From the NCBI GenBank assembly GCA_025055015.1, contig JANWYQ010000088.1:1-63738 (forward strand): a DNA stretch of 63,738 nucleotides. The letters are read 5' to 3'. This document shows positions 50,044 through 60,049 of this stretch, piece after piece. The notes under the pieces are model-generated. The model had not been told where the DNA came from. It saw only the letters and a list, made by a program, of their open reading frames with translations, and made no database searches. The position numbers were made by a program, and so were the translations under genes. The stretch is from Caldilineales bacterium (GTDB taxonomy: Bacteria; Chloroflexota; Anaerolineae; JAAEKA01). The stretch's first letter is position 1. Each line of letters opens with the position of its first letter.

Positions 50044-51393
50044 ATGCTGGCCGACGCCATTCAGCACTACCACGACCTCCTGACCGACGCCATGGCCCAG
50101 GACTCCCAGGCCCAGCTGGAGGCGCAGCTGCGCAAGCGGGGCCTGTTCTTCGGCGAGCGACCCCTGACCACGGTGCTGCGCCCCCGCTTCCTGACGCCGG
50201 AGCAGTTCGACTTCATCCAGCGGCGGGTGAAGGTGCTGCTGCGGGCCTTCCACCGCATCCACGAGGTGGGCATGGCCGACGCCGAGTTCCGCCGCCAGTT
50301 CCGGCTGACGGAGCAGGAGGAGGCGCTGGCGCTGCACCACCCCGGCTATCGTTGGCCCAGCCCGGTGTCGCGGCTGGACGCCTTCTTCCTGCCCGATAGC
50401 CTGGTGCTGAAGTTCAACGAGTACAACGCGGAGACGCCCGCGGCCTCGGCCTACAACGACGTGCTGTCAGAGGTGTTCTACGGCCTGCCGGTGATGGGCG
50501 CGTTCATGCACCGCTACCGGGTGCGGCCGCTGCCGGCGCGCGAGGGGGTGCTGCACGCGCTGCTGCAGTGCTACGAGCAGTGGCTGGGTCGCCGCGAGCG
50601 GCCGCGCATCGCCATCGTGGACTGGGGCGAGGTGCCCACCTACAGCGAGTTCGTGCTGTTCGACGAGTACTTCCGGGCGCAGGGGCTGGAGTGTCGCATC
50701 GTGGACCCGCGGCGCCTGGAGTACCGCAACGGTCGGCTGACCGCGGACGGCTTCGCGATTGACCTGATCTACAAGCGGGTGCTGATCTCGGAGCTGCTGG
50801 ACTGGGGCGGCACGGAGAGCGCGATGGTGCGGGCGGTGCTGGACAACGCGGTGTGCATGGTGAACCCCTTTGCCTGCAAGCTGCTGTACAAGAAGGGGAG
50901 CTTGGCGGTGCTGAGCGACGAGCGCAACGCGCACCTGTTCGACCGCGAGGAGGCGCAGGCCATAGCCGAGCACATCCCCTGGACGCGCCTGGTGGAGGAG
51001 CGGCGCACGGAGTACAACGGCCGGCCCGTGGACCTCATCCAGTTCACCCTGGACAACCGGGAGCGCTTGGTGCTCAAGCCCAACGACGACTACGGCGGCA
51101 AGGGGGTGGTGCTGGGGTGGACGGTGGACCAGAGCCAGTGGGAGGCGGCGCTGAAGGTGGCGTTGGAGACCCCCTACGTGGTGCAGGAGCGGGTGGTAGT
51201 GCCGCGCGAGCCCTACCCCAGCCTGGCCGACGGCCGCGTCTACCTGCTGGACCGCCAGTTCGACACGGCGCCCTTCTGCTACTTCGGCGAGTTCACCGAC
51301 TCCTGCCTGACCCGGCTGTCCACCGAGCCGCTGCTCAACGTCACCGCAGGCGGCGGCTCCACGGTGCCGACGTTCGTGGTGGAGGCGCGGTAG
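50044..51393 (+). CDS. Circularly permuted ATP-grasp / glutathionylspermidine synthase-like ligase
   Basis: SRLDAF, EYNAETP, DLIYKR, LVLKPNDDYGGKGV, YVVQE, NVTAGGG. Confidence 0.8.
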   Translation: MLADAIQHYHDLLTDAMAQDSQAQLEAQLRKRGLFFGERPLTTVLRPRFLTPEQFDFIQRRVKVLLRAFHRIHEVGMADAEFRRQFRLTEQEEALALHHPGYRWPSPVSRLDAFFLPDSLVLKFNEYNAETPAASAYNDVLSEVFYGLPVMGAFMHRYRVRPLPAREGVLHALLQCYEQWLGRRERPRIAIVDWGEVPTYSEFVLFDEYFRAQGLECRIVDPRRLEYRNGRLTADGFAIDLIYKRVLISELLDWGGTESAMVRAVLDNAVCMVNPFACKLLYKKGSLAVLSDERNAHLFDREEAQAIAEHIPWTRLVEERRTEYNGRPVDLIQFTLDNRERLVLKPNDDYGGKGVVLGWTVDQSQWEAALKVALETPYVVQERVVVPREPYPSLADGRVYLLDRQFDTAPFCYFGEFTDSCLTRLSTEPLLNVTAGGGSTVPTFVVEAR

Positions 51394-51542
51394 ACGAGCG
51401 CGGAGGCGCGCGGAGCCAGGACTCATGGCTATTGGCACGGATGCAGTGATGGCTTCAGTAGGGGTGAGGCACCATGGGGTTATTTCCGTCCAGCCTCCAT
51501 AGGCGCCGATGTTCGCAGACTACTGAAAGTGTTAGGGTAGCT

Positions 51543-52305
51543 ATGGACACTCTCTCCCTAATTCGATTGATCGAGGGTGGAGAGACCCCCCACCTTAGAG
51601 TTTAAGAGCGATCGTGGTCCCTTGAGTGACGCAGATCTTGTGGAAACAGTGGTTTGTCTGGCCAAAGCAGAGGGCGGTAAGCTGTTTATCGGCGTGGAAC
51701 AGGACGGTAAGATCACAGGATTGCATCCACGGCACCAAACCGATCCACACCACTTGGAAGCGTTGATTTCGGCACGCACTGTACCGCCGTTGAACGTCCA
51801 GGTCTTTTTTTTAAACCTTCCCAGCGGCACGGTCGCTGTGGTGGAGGTCCCACGCTCGAACCAGCCGGTGGCTACCAGCGACGGCAGGATGCTTATTCGC
51901 TATCGCGACAGTCATAATCTTCCTGGCTGCCGGCCGTTGTACCCTTATGAGCTAAACTCCTTGTATGCAGACCGTGGACAGCGTGATTACACCGCTCAAC
52001 CTGTCTGGAACACAAGTTTAGAAGATCTAGACCCTTTGGAGTTTGAGCGGTTGCGACGTCTTGTGCGCCGGTATCGCGGCGACGCTAGTCTGCTTGATTT
52101 GGACGACCGACAACTGGCCCTGGCGTTAGGGCTAGCGGTTGGTGTGAACGGTCAGGTGACACCAACTGTGGCCGGCTTGCTGCTGGTAGGCCGTGAACAA
52201 GTCCTGACGGCTCATTTGCCAGCGCACGAAGTAGCCTTTCAGGTGCTCGACAGGCAGCTCGTGGCCAACCTAGACCCCACTGCGCAAGCCTTGGCGGCTG
52301 TCTAA
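51543..52305 (+). pseudogene. AlbA_2 (Schlafen-like) domain protein, frameshifted and C-terminally truncated
   Basis: MDTLSLIRLIEGGETP continues to TLEFKSD only if one C is removed from the C6 run at 51586-51591; GGKLFIGVEQDG motif; visibly lower GC; ends soon after TVAGLLLVG. Confidence 0.75.
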
Positions 52306-52317
52306 CTACGGAGCCCC

Positions 52318-54264
52318 ATGAACCCCTCCCTCCCCCTCCTGCTCCTCTCCCTCCTTCTCCTCCTCTCCCCGGCCGCTGCGGCGGAGCAGCCGTCGGTGGC
52401 GCTGGTGGCGGTGGAGGTGCGCTCGCCGGCTGCCGTGGAGCGGCTGGCAGCCACCGGCGTGCCGGTCTACGCCCGATTGACTGCGCCGGCCGGCGAGGTG
52501 ATGCTGGCCGGCGCCGATGTGCGCGCACAAGCGCAGCTGCGGGCGGCCGGGCTCCCTTTCCGCGCGCTGGACGCGGACATGGCCGGCGCGGAGTACTTCG
52601 TGGCCTACCCGGCGCCCGGCCGCAGCGTGCCCTGGGCCGCCTATGGCCGACTGCTCTACGCAGACGGCCGCCAGGCGGTGCTGCGCTCCACAGCCTCCGC
52701 AGTGCAGCGCCTACAGGCCGAAGGAGTGAAGGTGGTGCCCATCGGCCGGGAGCCCCTTCCCCTGCTGCGGCGCACAGCGGCCGGCGCGGCTGGGGCCTTT
52801 GCCGACCTCTCCCAGCCCGACCCCTTGGTGCAGGCCATGGTCGCCCAGGTCAGCCAGGCCACGGTCTACCAGTACACCGGCGACCTCAGCGGCGAGTGGC
52901 CGGTGGTCGTGGAGGGCGCGCCGTACACCATCACCACCCGCAACACCCTCAGCGGCGAGCCCGTGCGCAAGGCCACCCGCTACGTGGGTGAACACCTGGC
53001 GGCGCTAGGGCTGTCGGTGGAGTACCACACCTACCGCACCGCCTGGCCGCCCAACGTCATCGGGGAGCTGCGGGGCGTCGCCTCGCCGGGCACCATCTAC
53101 ATCGTCGGCGGCCACCTGGACAACATGCCGCCCAGCGGCCGCGCGCCCGGCGCGGACGACAACGCTAGCGGCGCCGTGGGCACGCTGATCGCGGCCGACA
53201 TCCTCAGCCAGTACCAGTGGGACTGCACCCTGCGCTTCGTTTTTTGGACAGGCGAGGAGCAAGGGCTGATCGGCAGCGACGCCTACGCGCGCCGCGCGTC
53301 CCAGCGCAACGAGAACATCTTGGGCGTGATCAACCTGGACATGATCGGCTGGAACACGCCGGGCAGCCCGCCCGACATTGACCTACACGCCAACGCCAAC
53401 CTGCCCGCCACCCTGGACCTGGCCGACCTCTTCGCCGACGTGATCGCCGCCTATGGCCTCGACCTGATCCCTCAGATCGTGCCCGACGGCACCGGAGCCA
53501 GCGACCACGCCTCCTTCTGGAGCCGCGGCTACACCGCCATCCTGGGCATCGAGGACTACCGCGGCAGCCCCAACGACTTCAACCCCTACTACCACACCAG
53601 CAACGACCAGCTCTCCCGGCTGGACATGGCCTACTTCACCGACTTCGTGCGGGCAGCCGTGGCCGCCACAGCCCACATGAGCAACTGCCTGCGCACCGGC
53701 CGGCTCCAGGGCCAGGTCACGGCCAGCCACGACGGCAGCCCCATCGCCGCTGCAACCGTAGCCGTCACCCGCACCGTGGGCTACCAGGGGCAGGTTGCCG
53801 CCGACGGAGCCGGCCACTATGCCACGACCGTGCCGGCCGGCAGCTTCGCGGCTCGGGCCTCGGCCTACGGCTACCTGCCGGCGGACGTGGCCGGGCTCAC
53901 GGTGGGCGGCGGCGCCGTGGTCACGCAGAACTTCGTGCTGACGGCGGCGCCGCCTCAGGCGCCGGCGGTGGCCATCGGCGGCAGCGGCGGCGCGATCAAC
54001 CTGGCCTGGGCCCACGTGTCCCCCAACATGGCCTATCAGGTGCACCGCGGCGAGAGCCCCTACTTCACGGCGGAAGGCAGCACACAGCGGGCCGGCTTCA
54101 ACCTGCCCTTCCCTAACCCGGTGACCTACTCCGACCCCGCAAGCGGCCTGGGCAATCCCCTGGTCAACCACTTCTACGTGGTGCTAGGGGTCAACGCGGC
54201 CGGGGCGACGGTGGCCAGTCAGCGGGTGGGGGAGTTCGACTTCGCGTTGGCGCCCGGCGGCTAG
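52318..54264 (+). CDS. Secreted M28 aminopeptidase with carboxypeptidase-regulatory-like domain and RVGEFDF C-terminal domain
   Basis: GGHLD, GADDNASG, GEEQGL, NLDMIG, SDHASF, YHT zinc-ligand motifs. Confidence 0.9.
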   Translation: MNPSLPLLLLSLLLLLSPAAAAEQPSVALVAVEVRSPAAVERLAATGVPVYARLTAPAGEVMLAGADVRAQAQLRAAGLPFRALDADMAGAEYFVAYPAPGRSVPWAAYGRLLYADGRQAVLRSTASAVQRLQAEGVKVVPIGREPLPLLRRTAAGAAGAFADLSQPDPLVQAMVAQVSQATVYQYTGDLSGEWPVVVEGAPYTITTRNTLSGEPVRKATRYVGEHLAALGLSVEYHTYRTAWPPNVIGELRGVASPGTIYIVGGHLDNMPPSGRAPGADDNASGAVGTLIAADILSQYQWDCTLRFVFWTGEEQGLIGSDAYARRASQRNENILGVINLDMIGWNTPGSPPDIDLHANANLPATLDLADLFADVIAAYGLDLIPQIVPDGTGASDHASFWSRGYTAILGIEDYRGSPNDFNPYYHTSNDQLSRLDMAYFTDFVRAAVAATAHMSNCLRTGRLQGQVTASHDGSPIAAATVAVTRTVGYQGQVAADGAGHYATTVPAGSFAARASAYGYLPADVAGLTVGGGAVVTQNFVLTAAPPQAPAVAIGGSGGAINLAWAHVSPNMAYQVHRGESPYFTAEGSTQRAGFNLPFPNPVTYSDPASGLGNPLVNHFYVVLGVNAAGATVASQRVGEFDFALAPGG

Positions 54265-54288
54265 GCTGTAGGCCGGCTGCGCCGTGCT

Positions 54289-54317
54289 TTGACTCTCTCT
54301 GTGCCCAATGGTACAAT
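54289..54317 (+). promoter_or_regulatory. Promoter for the mutase B12-binding subunit
   Basis: TTGACT-17-TACAAT with extended TG. Confidence 0.7.
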
Positions 54318-54418
54318 TGCCAGCAAACGCTGGACGTTGATGTCAACGACCATCGCACAGCAACCAGTCCCGGTTCCCGGCGCGCTGCTCGGGAACGGAC
54401 AGCCAGGAGGAGGAGACC

Positions 54419-54841
54419 ATGTCCGAGCGAAAGATCCGTGTGCTTGTCGCCAAGCCCGGCCTCGACGGCCATGACCGAGGCGCCAAGGTGGTGGCCCGCG
54501 CGCTGCGGGACGCCGGCTTCGAGGTGATCTACACCGGCATCCGCCAGACGCCGGAGATGATCGCCGAGGCCGCCCTACAGGAGGACGTAGACGTGGTGGG
54601 GCTGAGCATTCTCTCTGGCGCGCACATGGCCCTGTGCCCCCGGGTGGTGGAGCTGCTGCGCAAGAACGGACTGGAGGACGTGGTCGTGTTGGTGGGCGGG
54701 ATCATCCCCGACGAGGACGTCGAGCCCCTCAAGCAGATGGGCATCAAGGCGGTGTTCGGCCCCGGCACCAGTACCCAGGAGATCGTGGACTTCATCAACC
54801 GGGCGATGGCGGAGCGCGACCGGGCTGCTGTGCCCGCGTGA
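54419..54841 (+). CDS. Methylmalonyl-CoA (acyl-CoA) mutase cobalamin-binding small subunit
   Basis: [12 protein letters not shown] (DxHxxG), [19 protein letters not shown]. Confidence 0.93.
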   Translation: MSERKIRVLVAKPGLDGHDRGAKVVARALRDAGFEVIYTGIRQTPEMIAEAALQEDVDVVGLSILSGAHMALCPRVVELLRKNGLEDVVVLVGGIIPDEDVEPLKQMGIKAVFGPGTSTQEIVDFINRAMAERDRAAVPA

Positions 54842-54950
54842 TCTCCCTGGCTGCCCGCCGGTCATCAACACGCGCTGCCGGCCGAGGCCTCTGAGCACCT
54901 CGGCCGGCAGCGCGTGTTCGCTTGTGGGACAGTTGCGCGGCAGATGGAAC

Positions 54951-57401
54951 TTACGGCCGCCGACGCCGGGCCACGCCCAGCAGCGCAACCGCGGCCAGGG
55001 CCAACGCCGACCAGCCTGCTGCCGCCAAGGCCTGTCGGCCCTGCTCGGCCCCAAACGAACCCACGCGCAGCGCTGTCGGCTCGCCCAGGATGATGGCAAC
55101 CGGGGAGACCTGCCACGGGCCGGTGGCCTGGCCCAGCCGCGCGCGCACCCGCAGCCGTATCACTGCGCCTCCCGTCTCCGGTGTCGGCCACACCACGGCG
55201 GTCGTCTGGCCGCCGGCCGGCAGGCCGATGGGCCGCCACTGGGCCAAGCGGACGCCGCTCAGCCGCACCTCGTCCAGCCAGGCGCTGTCTTGGCCTGCGC
55301 TCACGGTGCTGTCCTTGCGGTAGCGCCAGGTGATCACGTGGGGGCCCGGCGTCAGGTTCACCTCGAAAGTGGTCCACGGCGTCTCGCCGCTGGCCCGCAA
55401 CACCGTTTGGCCATCCACCAGCGCCTCGAAGAAGTCCCGCCCCGGCTCGGAGCTGACGCGGTAGCGGAAGCTGAGCCGGCCTCCCGCCGGCGCGTCCACC
55501 TCCAGCGCCAGGCTGCTGCTCTGGCCATGGCCAACTGCGCCGGCCTGGGCCGCGCCGCCGGCCGTGCGCCAGAGCTGGTTGCCGTAGGAGAGGAAGTCGG
55601 GCGGCAAGCGGCCGGCGGCGAAGCTCTCAGCCCGCTCGCCCACGGCGTCGGCGTCTAGGCTGTACTGCAGCTCGTAGGCGGCAGCCAAGCCGTCGGCCGA
55701 GGTCCAGCGGATGGCTAGGGGCGAGCCCGGCGCCAAGTACAGCGGCTGAGCCGGCTCGAGAAAGGCCGGCGCGGGCAGGGGCCACAGCCCGCGCGCGGCC
55801 AGCGCCTTGACGATGGCCTCCCGGTGGGCGCCGTCGAACAGGTTCTGGTCCGCGTCCAACAGCGCACGGCCGGCCGCCTCCAGGGTAGCGCCGCACGGCA
55901 TGTAGAAGTTCGCCTCTAGGGCCAGGGTGTCGCCCACCGTCGGGCCGGCCGCTTGACGCACGTCCCACAGCACGCGGCTCCAAAGCTGGCCGTCGGCGTG
56001 GGGGTCCCCGCTGAAGTGCACGGGGTACTGCAGGTCCCGGTCCACCCGGCGCAGGCAATAGGGAGGGGTTTGGGAGTAGCCGTAGCTGTCCCACTCGCCG
56101 ATGCAGGCGGGGTCGCTGCCCACGTCGGCGAAGCGGCTGGCGGCCAGGTAGTCCGCAAATCCCTCGCCGATGGCCGCCATCTCGCCGCCGCCCCAGCAGA
56201 CTACCTGGTCGTGGTGCAGCGCGTGGGCGTACTCGTGGACGATGATGTCGGCGTCCTGAGCGTCCGGCACCCCGCCGTCGCCGAAGTGCAGGGCATCGTC
56301 GCTGATGCTGTAGAAGGACTGGTCGTGCGCGAACCAGTGGGGGCTGGCGTGGGTCACTCGGTCGCGGATGCCGTTGGGCGGGGTGTTGCGGTTGCTGTAG
56401 CCCAGGGACTGCAGGTAGCGCTGGGTGGCGTCCAGGTGGTAGTAGACCATCACCTCCTCGAAGCGCGGGTCCCCGGGCTGGTACAGGAACTTGCCGTCGG
56501 GCGCGAAGGCAGTGGCCGGCAAGTAGCCGCGCGGGGCAGTGACGTCTACGTACTCACCCCGCAGCCAGCCGCTGCCGTCCAGGCCCTGGAGGACGACCGC
56601 CTGCAGCGCGGGCGGCTGGGCAACGTCGCTGGGCATGGGCAGGAGCTGTTGCACGGGGTTCGGCATGAACACCTGGGCCCGGTTGAAGATGAGCCGGTTG
56701 TAGCGCTTGATGGCGGCGCCGGTGACCGCATCCACCAGCACCTCCCAGTCCCCCTGGGGCTCGGCGGCCAGGAGCATCACCCGCCAGGCCAGCCGGCCGA
56801 CGTCCTCTCCCTCCGCCAGGACCACCAGCTCCGGCGGCGGCCCCTCTCGGCGCAGCCGAACCAGGCCGACGGCCTCTTTGGCTGCTGCAGCGGCCTGCTC
56901 TGCGCTTACGGCGATGGACGCCGGGTCCACGGCCAGCCGGCTCCGGGCGCTGCTGTGCACCACCTGGACGCGGCCATTTCGGTCAAGGTGGACGGAGACG
57001 TAGGCGTCCAGCACGGGCAGGCCGGCTACCGTCTGCTGAAAGCGCACATGGGCGCTGCTAAGGCCGTGGCGCACGGAGAGCAGGGCCAGCTCTCCAGCGT
57101 CAGCCAGGCCCAGGGCAGGCGCGTACCGCTCCAAAAAGGCGCGGGCGGCGGCCGCCGGGTCGGCCTCGCCGGCCGCCGGAGGATTGCACCCCCGCAAAAC
57201 GGTCGGAACACCGGTGAGGGGGCTGACCACCACCTCGGCGCAGGGCAGGGGCTGCGAGCCCGCGACAGCAGCTTGCGCAGCCACAGGCGCCGGCGCAAAG
57301 GCCGACGTCAGCAGCAGCGCCACCAGCAGGCTGCGCAGCACTGCCACATATCTTGAGAGGCTGACGCCAGGGCGCCGAGGCCCTGCAAACCGTCCTGACA
57401 A
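54951..57401 (-). CDS. Secreted M36/M4-type zinc metalloprotease (FTP + PepSY propeptide) with C-terminal TM anchor
   Basis: HVRFQQ...GLPV (FTP), VLVDAVTG (PepSY), HEYAH...GEGFADY; C-terminal PTALRVGSF, TM helix, RRRR; start uncertain (TTG 57401 or GTG 57347). Confidence 0.82.
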   Translation of the reverse strand: MSGRFAGPRRPGVSLSRYVAVLRSLLVALLLTSAFAPAPVAAQAAVAGSQPLPCAEVVVSPLTGVPTVLRGCNPPAAGEADPAAAARAFLERYAPALGLADAGELALLSVRHGLSSAHVRFQQTVAGLPVLDAYVSVHLDRNGRVQVVHSSARSRLAVDPASIAVSAEQAAAAAKEAVGLVRLRREGPPPELVVLAEGEDVGRLAWRVMLLAAEPQGDWEVLVDAVTGAAIKRYNRLIFNRAQVFMPNPVQQLLPMPSDVAQPPALQAVVLQGLDGSGWLRGEYVDVTAPRGYLPATAFAPDGKFLYQPGDPRFEEVMVYYHLDATQRYLQSLGYSNRNTPPNGIRDRVTHASPHWFAHDQSFYSISDDALHFGDGGVPDAQDADIIVHEYAHALHHDQVVCWGGGEMAAIGEGFADYLAASRFADVGSDPACIGEWDSYGYSQTPPYCLRRVDRDLQYPVHFSGDPHADGQLWSRVLWDVRQAAGPTVGDTLALEANFYMPCGATLEAAGRALLDADQNLFDGAHREAIVKALAARGLWPLPAPAFLEPAQPLYLAPGSPLAIRWTSADGLAAAYELQYSLDADAVGERAESFAAGRLPPDFLSYGNQLWRTAGGAAQAGAVGHGQSSSLALEVDAPAGGRLSFRYRVSSEPGRDFFEALVDGQTVLRASGETPWTTFEVNLTPGPHVITWRYRKDSTVSAGQDSAWLDEVRLSGVRLAQWRPIGLPAGGQTTAVVWPTPETGGAVIRLRVRARLGQATGPWQVSPVAIILGEPTALRVGSFGAEQGRQALAAAGWSALALAAVALLGVARRRRP

Positions 57402-57415
57402 CCCGGTCGCTCCGC

Positions 57416-58885
57416 TCAGTAGGCTCGGGCGAAGATGGCCACGCGGGAGGTGCGCTGGCCGGTGTAGAAGCACACCCCCTCGCCCTCGGGGGTGTCCAGC
57501 GGATAGCAGCGGATGGTGGCCTTGGTCTCGGCCTTGATCAGGTCCTCGTCCTCGCTGCTGCCGGCCCAGTGCACCCGCAGGAAGCCGCCCTTGCTCTCCA
57601 GCACCTCTTTGAACTCGTCGTAGGAGCGGATGCCGGTGTGGGTGTTGGCGTCGCGGAAGGCGGTGGCCTGGGCTAGCAGGTTGGCCTGGATCTCCCGCAG
57701 CAGGTCCTGCACGGCAGCGGCCGCGCCGTCGGCCGGCACGCCGAACAGCTTGGCCTTGGGGCCACCGGCGGCCTCGATCTCGCGGGAGCTGTCGCGGCGG
57801 GCCAGCACGACTGCGTGGTTGGCGACGTCCTTGGGCCCGATCTCGACCCGCACCGGCACCCCGCGCATCTCCCAGTCGTTGAACTTGAAGCCGGGGGTCA
57901 GCTCCTCTCGGTCGTCAAGGCGCACCCGGATGCCGGCAGCCTTGAGCTGGGCCTCGACGTTGCGGGCGAAGGCCATCACCGCAGCCCGCTCCTCGTCCTT
58001 CTTGTAGATGGGCACGATCACGGCCTGGATGGGGGCCATCACCGGCGGCAGGCGCAGGCCCTGGTCGTCGCCGTGGGTCATGATGATGGCGCCGATGATG
58101 CGGGTGCTGAGGCCCCAGCTGGTGGTCCAGGCGTACTGCATCTCGTTGTTTTGGTCCAGGAACTTGATGTCGAAGGCCTTGGCGAAGTTTTGGCCTAAGA
58201 AGTGGCTGGTGCCGCTCTGCAGGGCCCAGCCGTTGCCCATCATGGCCTCGATGGTGTAGCTCTCCACTGCGCCGGCGAACTTCTCCCGCTCGCTCTTCTT
58301 GCCCTTGATCACGGGGATGGCGGCGTCGTTGATGGCGAAGTCGGCGTAGACCTCCAGCATCTGGATGGTCTCGGCCAGGGCCTCCTCGGCGGTGGCGTGG
58401 GCGGTGTGGCCCTCCTGCCAGAGGAACTCCAGGGTGCGCAGGAAGGGGCGGGTGCGCATCTCCCAGCGCACCACGTTGGCCCACTGGTTGATCAGGATGG
58501 GCAGGTCGCGGTAGCTCTGCACCCACTGGGAGTACATGTAGCCGATGATGGTCTCGGAGGTGGGGCGAACCACCAGGGGCTCGGCCAGCTCCTCGCCGCC
58601 GCCGATGGTGACTACGGCCAGCTCGGGCGAGAAGCCCTCGACGTGCTCCTTCTCGCGCTCCAGGAAGCTCTTGGGGATGAAGAGGGGGAAGTAGGCGTTG
58701 ACGTGGCCGGTGGCCTTGAAGCGGCGGTCCAGGCCGGCCTGCACCGCCTCCCACAGGCTGTAGCCGTAGGGCTTGATGACCATGCAGCCGCGCACCGGTG
58801 CGTTCTCCGCCAGCTCTGCCTCGCGGATCACGTCCAAATACCACCGGGAATAGTCCTCGCGGCGCGGGGTGATCTTCGATGCCAT
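57416..58885 (-). CDS. proS: Proline--tRNA ligase, archaeal/eukaryote-like type
   Basis: RPTSET, QWANVVRWE, FLRTLEFLWQEGH, C-terminal FARAY; no INS editing domain. Confidence 0.97.
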   Translation of the reverse strand: MASKITPRREDYSRWYLDVIREAELAENAPVRGCMVIKPYGYSLWEAVQAGLDRRFKATGHVNAYFPLFIPKSFLEREKEHVEGFSPELAVVTIGGGEELAEPLVVRPTSETIIGYMYSQWVQSYRDLPILINQWANVVRWEMRTRPFLRTLEFLWQEGHTAHATAEEALAETIQMLEVYADFAINDAAIPVIKGKKSEREKFAGAVESYTIEAMMGNGWALQSGTSHFLGQNFAKAFDIKFLDQNNEMQYAWTTSWGLSTRIIGAIIMTHGDDQGLRLPPVMAPIQAVIVPIYKKDEERAAVMAFARNVEAQLKAAGIRVRLDDREELTPGFKFNDWEMRGVPVRVEIGPKDVANHAVVLARRDSSREIEAAGGPKAKLFGVPADGAAAAVQDLLREIQANLLAQATAFRDANTHTGIRSYDEFKEVLESKGGFLRVHWAGSSEDEDLIKAETKATIRCYPLDTPEGEGVCFYTGQRTSRVAIFARAY

Positions 58886-58914
58886 GCAGTGCTCCTCTGA
58901 AGATATGTAACGAC

Positions 58915-59090
58915 GAAGCTAATGCCAAAGTTACGGGTTACAGACGGTGCTTGTCTTTGGTTCGATGGTATGAAACGGACGCTTGACCTCCGGTGGCCGG
59001 GTTGCGCCATATCTCGTGGCTACCTGCACCAAAACGCGTGACCTCGCGACCAAGACGTCGCAGCTTTCAGACAGGCTCGGCGTACTTCAT
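58915..59090 (-). pseudogene. hicA: HicA toxin pseudogene
   Basis: Manual translation MKYAEPV*KLRRLGREVTRFGAGSHEIWRNPATGGQASVSYHRTKD; GSH motif at 59016-59024; stop at codon 8 and a frame break before RNFGIS. Confidence 0.75.
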
Positions 59091-59260
59091 GCTACAACTG
59101 CAACCTGGGCTGTGAATGGGTACGACTCAAGTGGCTGCAGGTTTGCCGGAAGCTTGTCCCCATGAGCCTTTATGGAAGCAATCAGCGCCGACGCTACCTG
59201 GGGCGCCAGGGTTCGGTGATCGTCCACGCCGTTCTGGTCAACGACCGGTTTGCGTCCGTC
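59087..59260 (-). pseudogene. HicB-like antitoxin C-terminal remnant
   Basis: LAPQVASALIASIKAHGDKLP...VAVVA*; its TGA overlaps the hicA ATG; no recognisable N-terminus. Confidence 0.5.
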
Positions 59261-59357
59261 AGCCCATTCTACGCGCTTGTGACGCGCGCGGCAAATTGCC
59301 CGGGGCAGGAGGCACCCGGCACGGGTAGCGTGAGCAGGTTTCCAGACGAAAGTGTGG

Positions 59358-59978
59358 CTATGTCGCTGCATGAGATGTGAAGACAAGAGGCGCCAACGCT
59401 TGCACGGCGCCCTCCGGCGTCTCCACCAGCGTGAGCAGCCGCAGCGCCGAGGAGCCCATCTGGGTCTCGGCGTAGACCGTGTTGATCACCTTGGGCCACT
59501 CCGGCCCGACCACCACTAGGGGCTTGGCCGGCAGCTCCTCGGCCAGGATCATGTTCCACACGAGGGCCAGCTCGGCCAGGGTGCCCAGGCCGCCGTGCAC
59601 CACCACAAAGGCGTCGCTCTCCTCGGCCAGGCGCTGGATGCGGGCCGTGAGCACGGGGGTCTTGCGCTCCTCGCGCACGTAGGGGTTGGGCGCGAAGCCG
59701 CGGTCGAAGGTAGTGCAGGTGTAGCCCACCGTGTGCGCGCCGGCCTCCGCAGCCCCGCGCAGCACCGCCTCCATGGTGCCGGTGTAGCCGCCCGTGGCCA
59801 CCACGAAGCCGGCCTGTCCCAGGAGCCGGCCGAGCTCGACGCACTGCCGGTACAGGGGGCTATCGCCGTCCACGCGCGCGCCGCCGAAGACGGTGACCTG
59901 GGGAGCAGAAGGGGACGAGGGAGAGGACGCAGAGGCAGGTGAGACCGGTTGTGGGACGGTGGGCATCGGCTGGGTCAT
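59358..59978 (-). CDS. LOG/SLOG family nucleotide-binding protein
   Basis: VTVFGG, TGGYTGTMEA, GGLGTLAEL. Confidence 0.88.
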   Translation of the reverse strand: MTQPMPTVPQPVSPASASSPSSPSAPQVTVFGGARVDGDSPLYRQCVELGRLLGQAGFVVATGGYTGTMEAVLRGAAEAGAHTVGYTCTTFDRGFAPNPYVREERKTPVLTARIQRLAEESDAFVVVHGGLGTLAELALVWNMILAEELPAKPLVVVGPEWPKVINTVYAETQMGSSALRLLTLVETPEGAVQALAPLVFTSHAAT

Positions 59979-60049
59979 CGGCGTACTCCGGTGAAGGGGA
60001 CGCTAGGCTTGTCGAAGCGTCCGCTCGGACTGGTTCGGCGTCCGCGAGG

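Noticed and set aside
59067-59069. In-frame TGA in hicA as selenocysteine, given selA in the window
   Set aside because: The position is not a Cys-equivalent catalytic site and the gene has additional lesions; no selenoprotein candidate was found in the window.
59290-59335. c-di-GMP-I-like GGCAAA...GAGGCA...GGTAGCG segment
   Set aside because: It lacks the GNRA loop/receptor and the second stem, and no plus-strand gene lies downstream.
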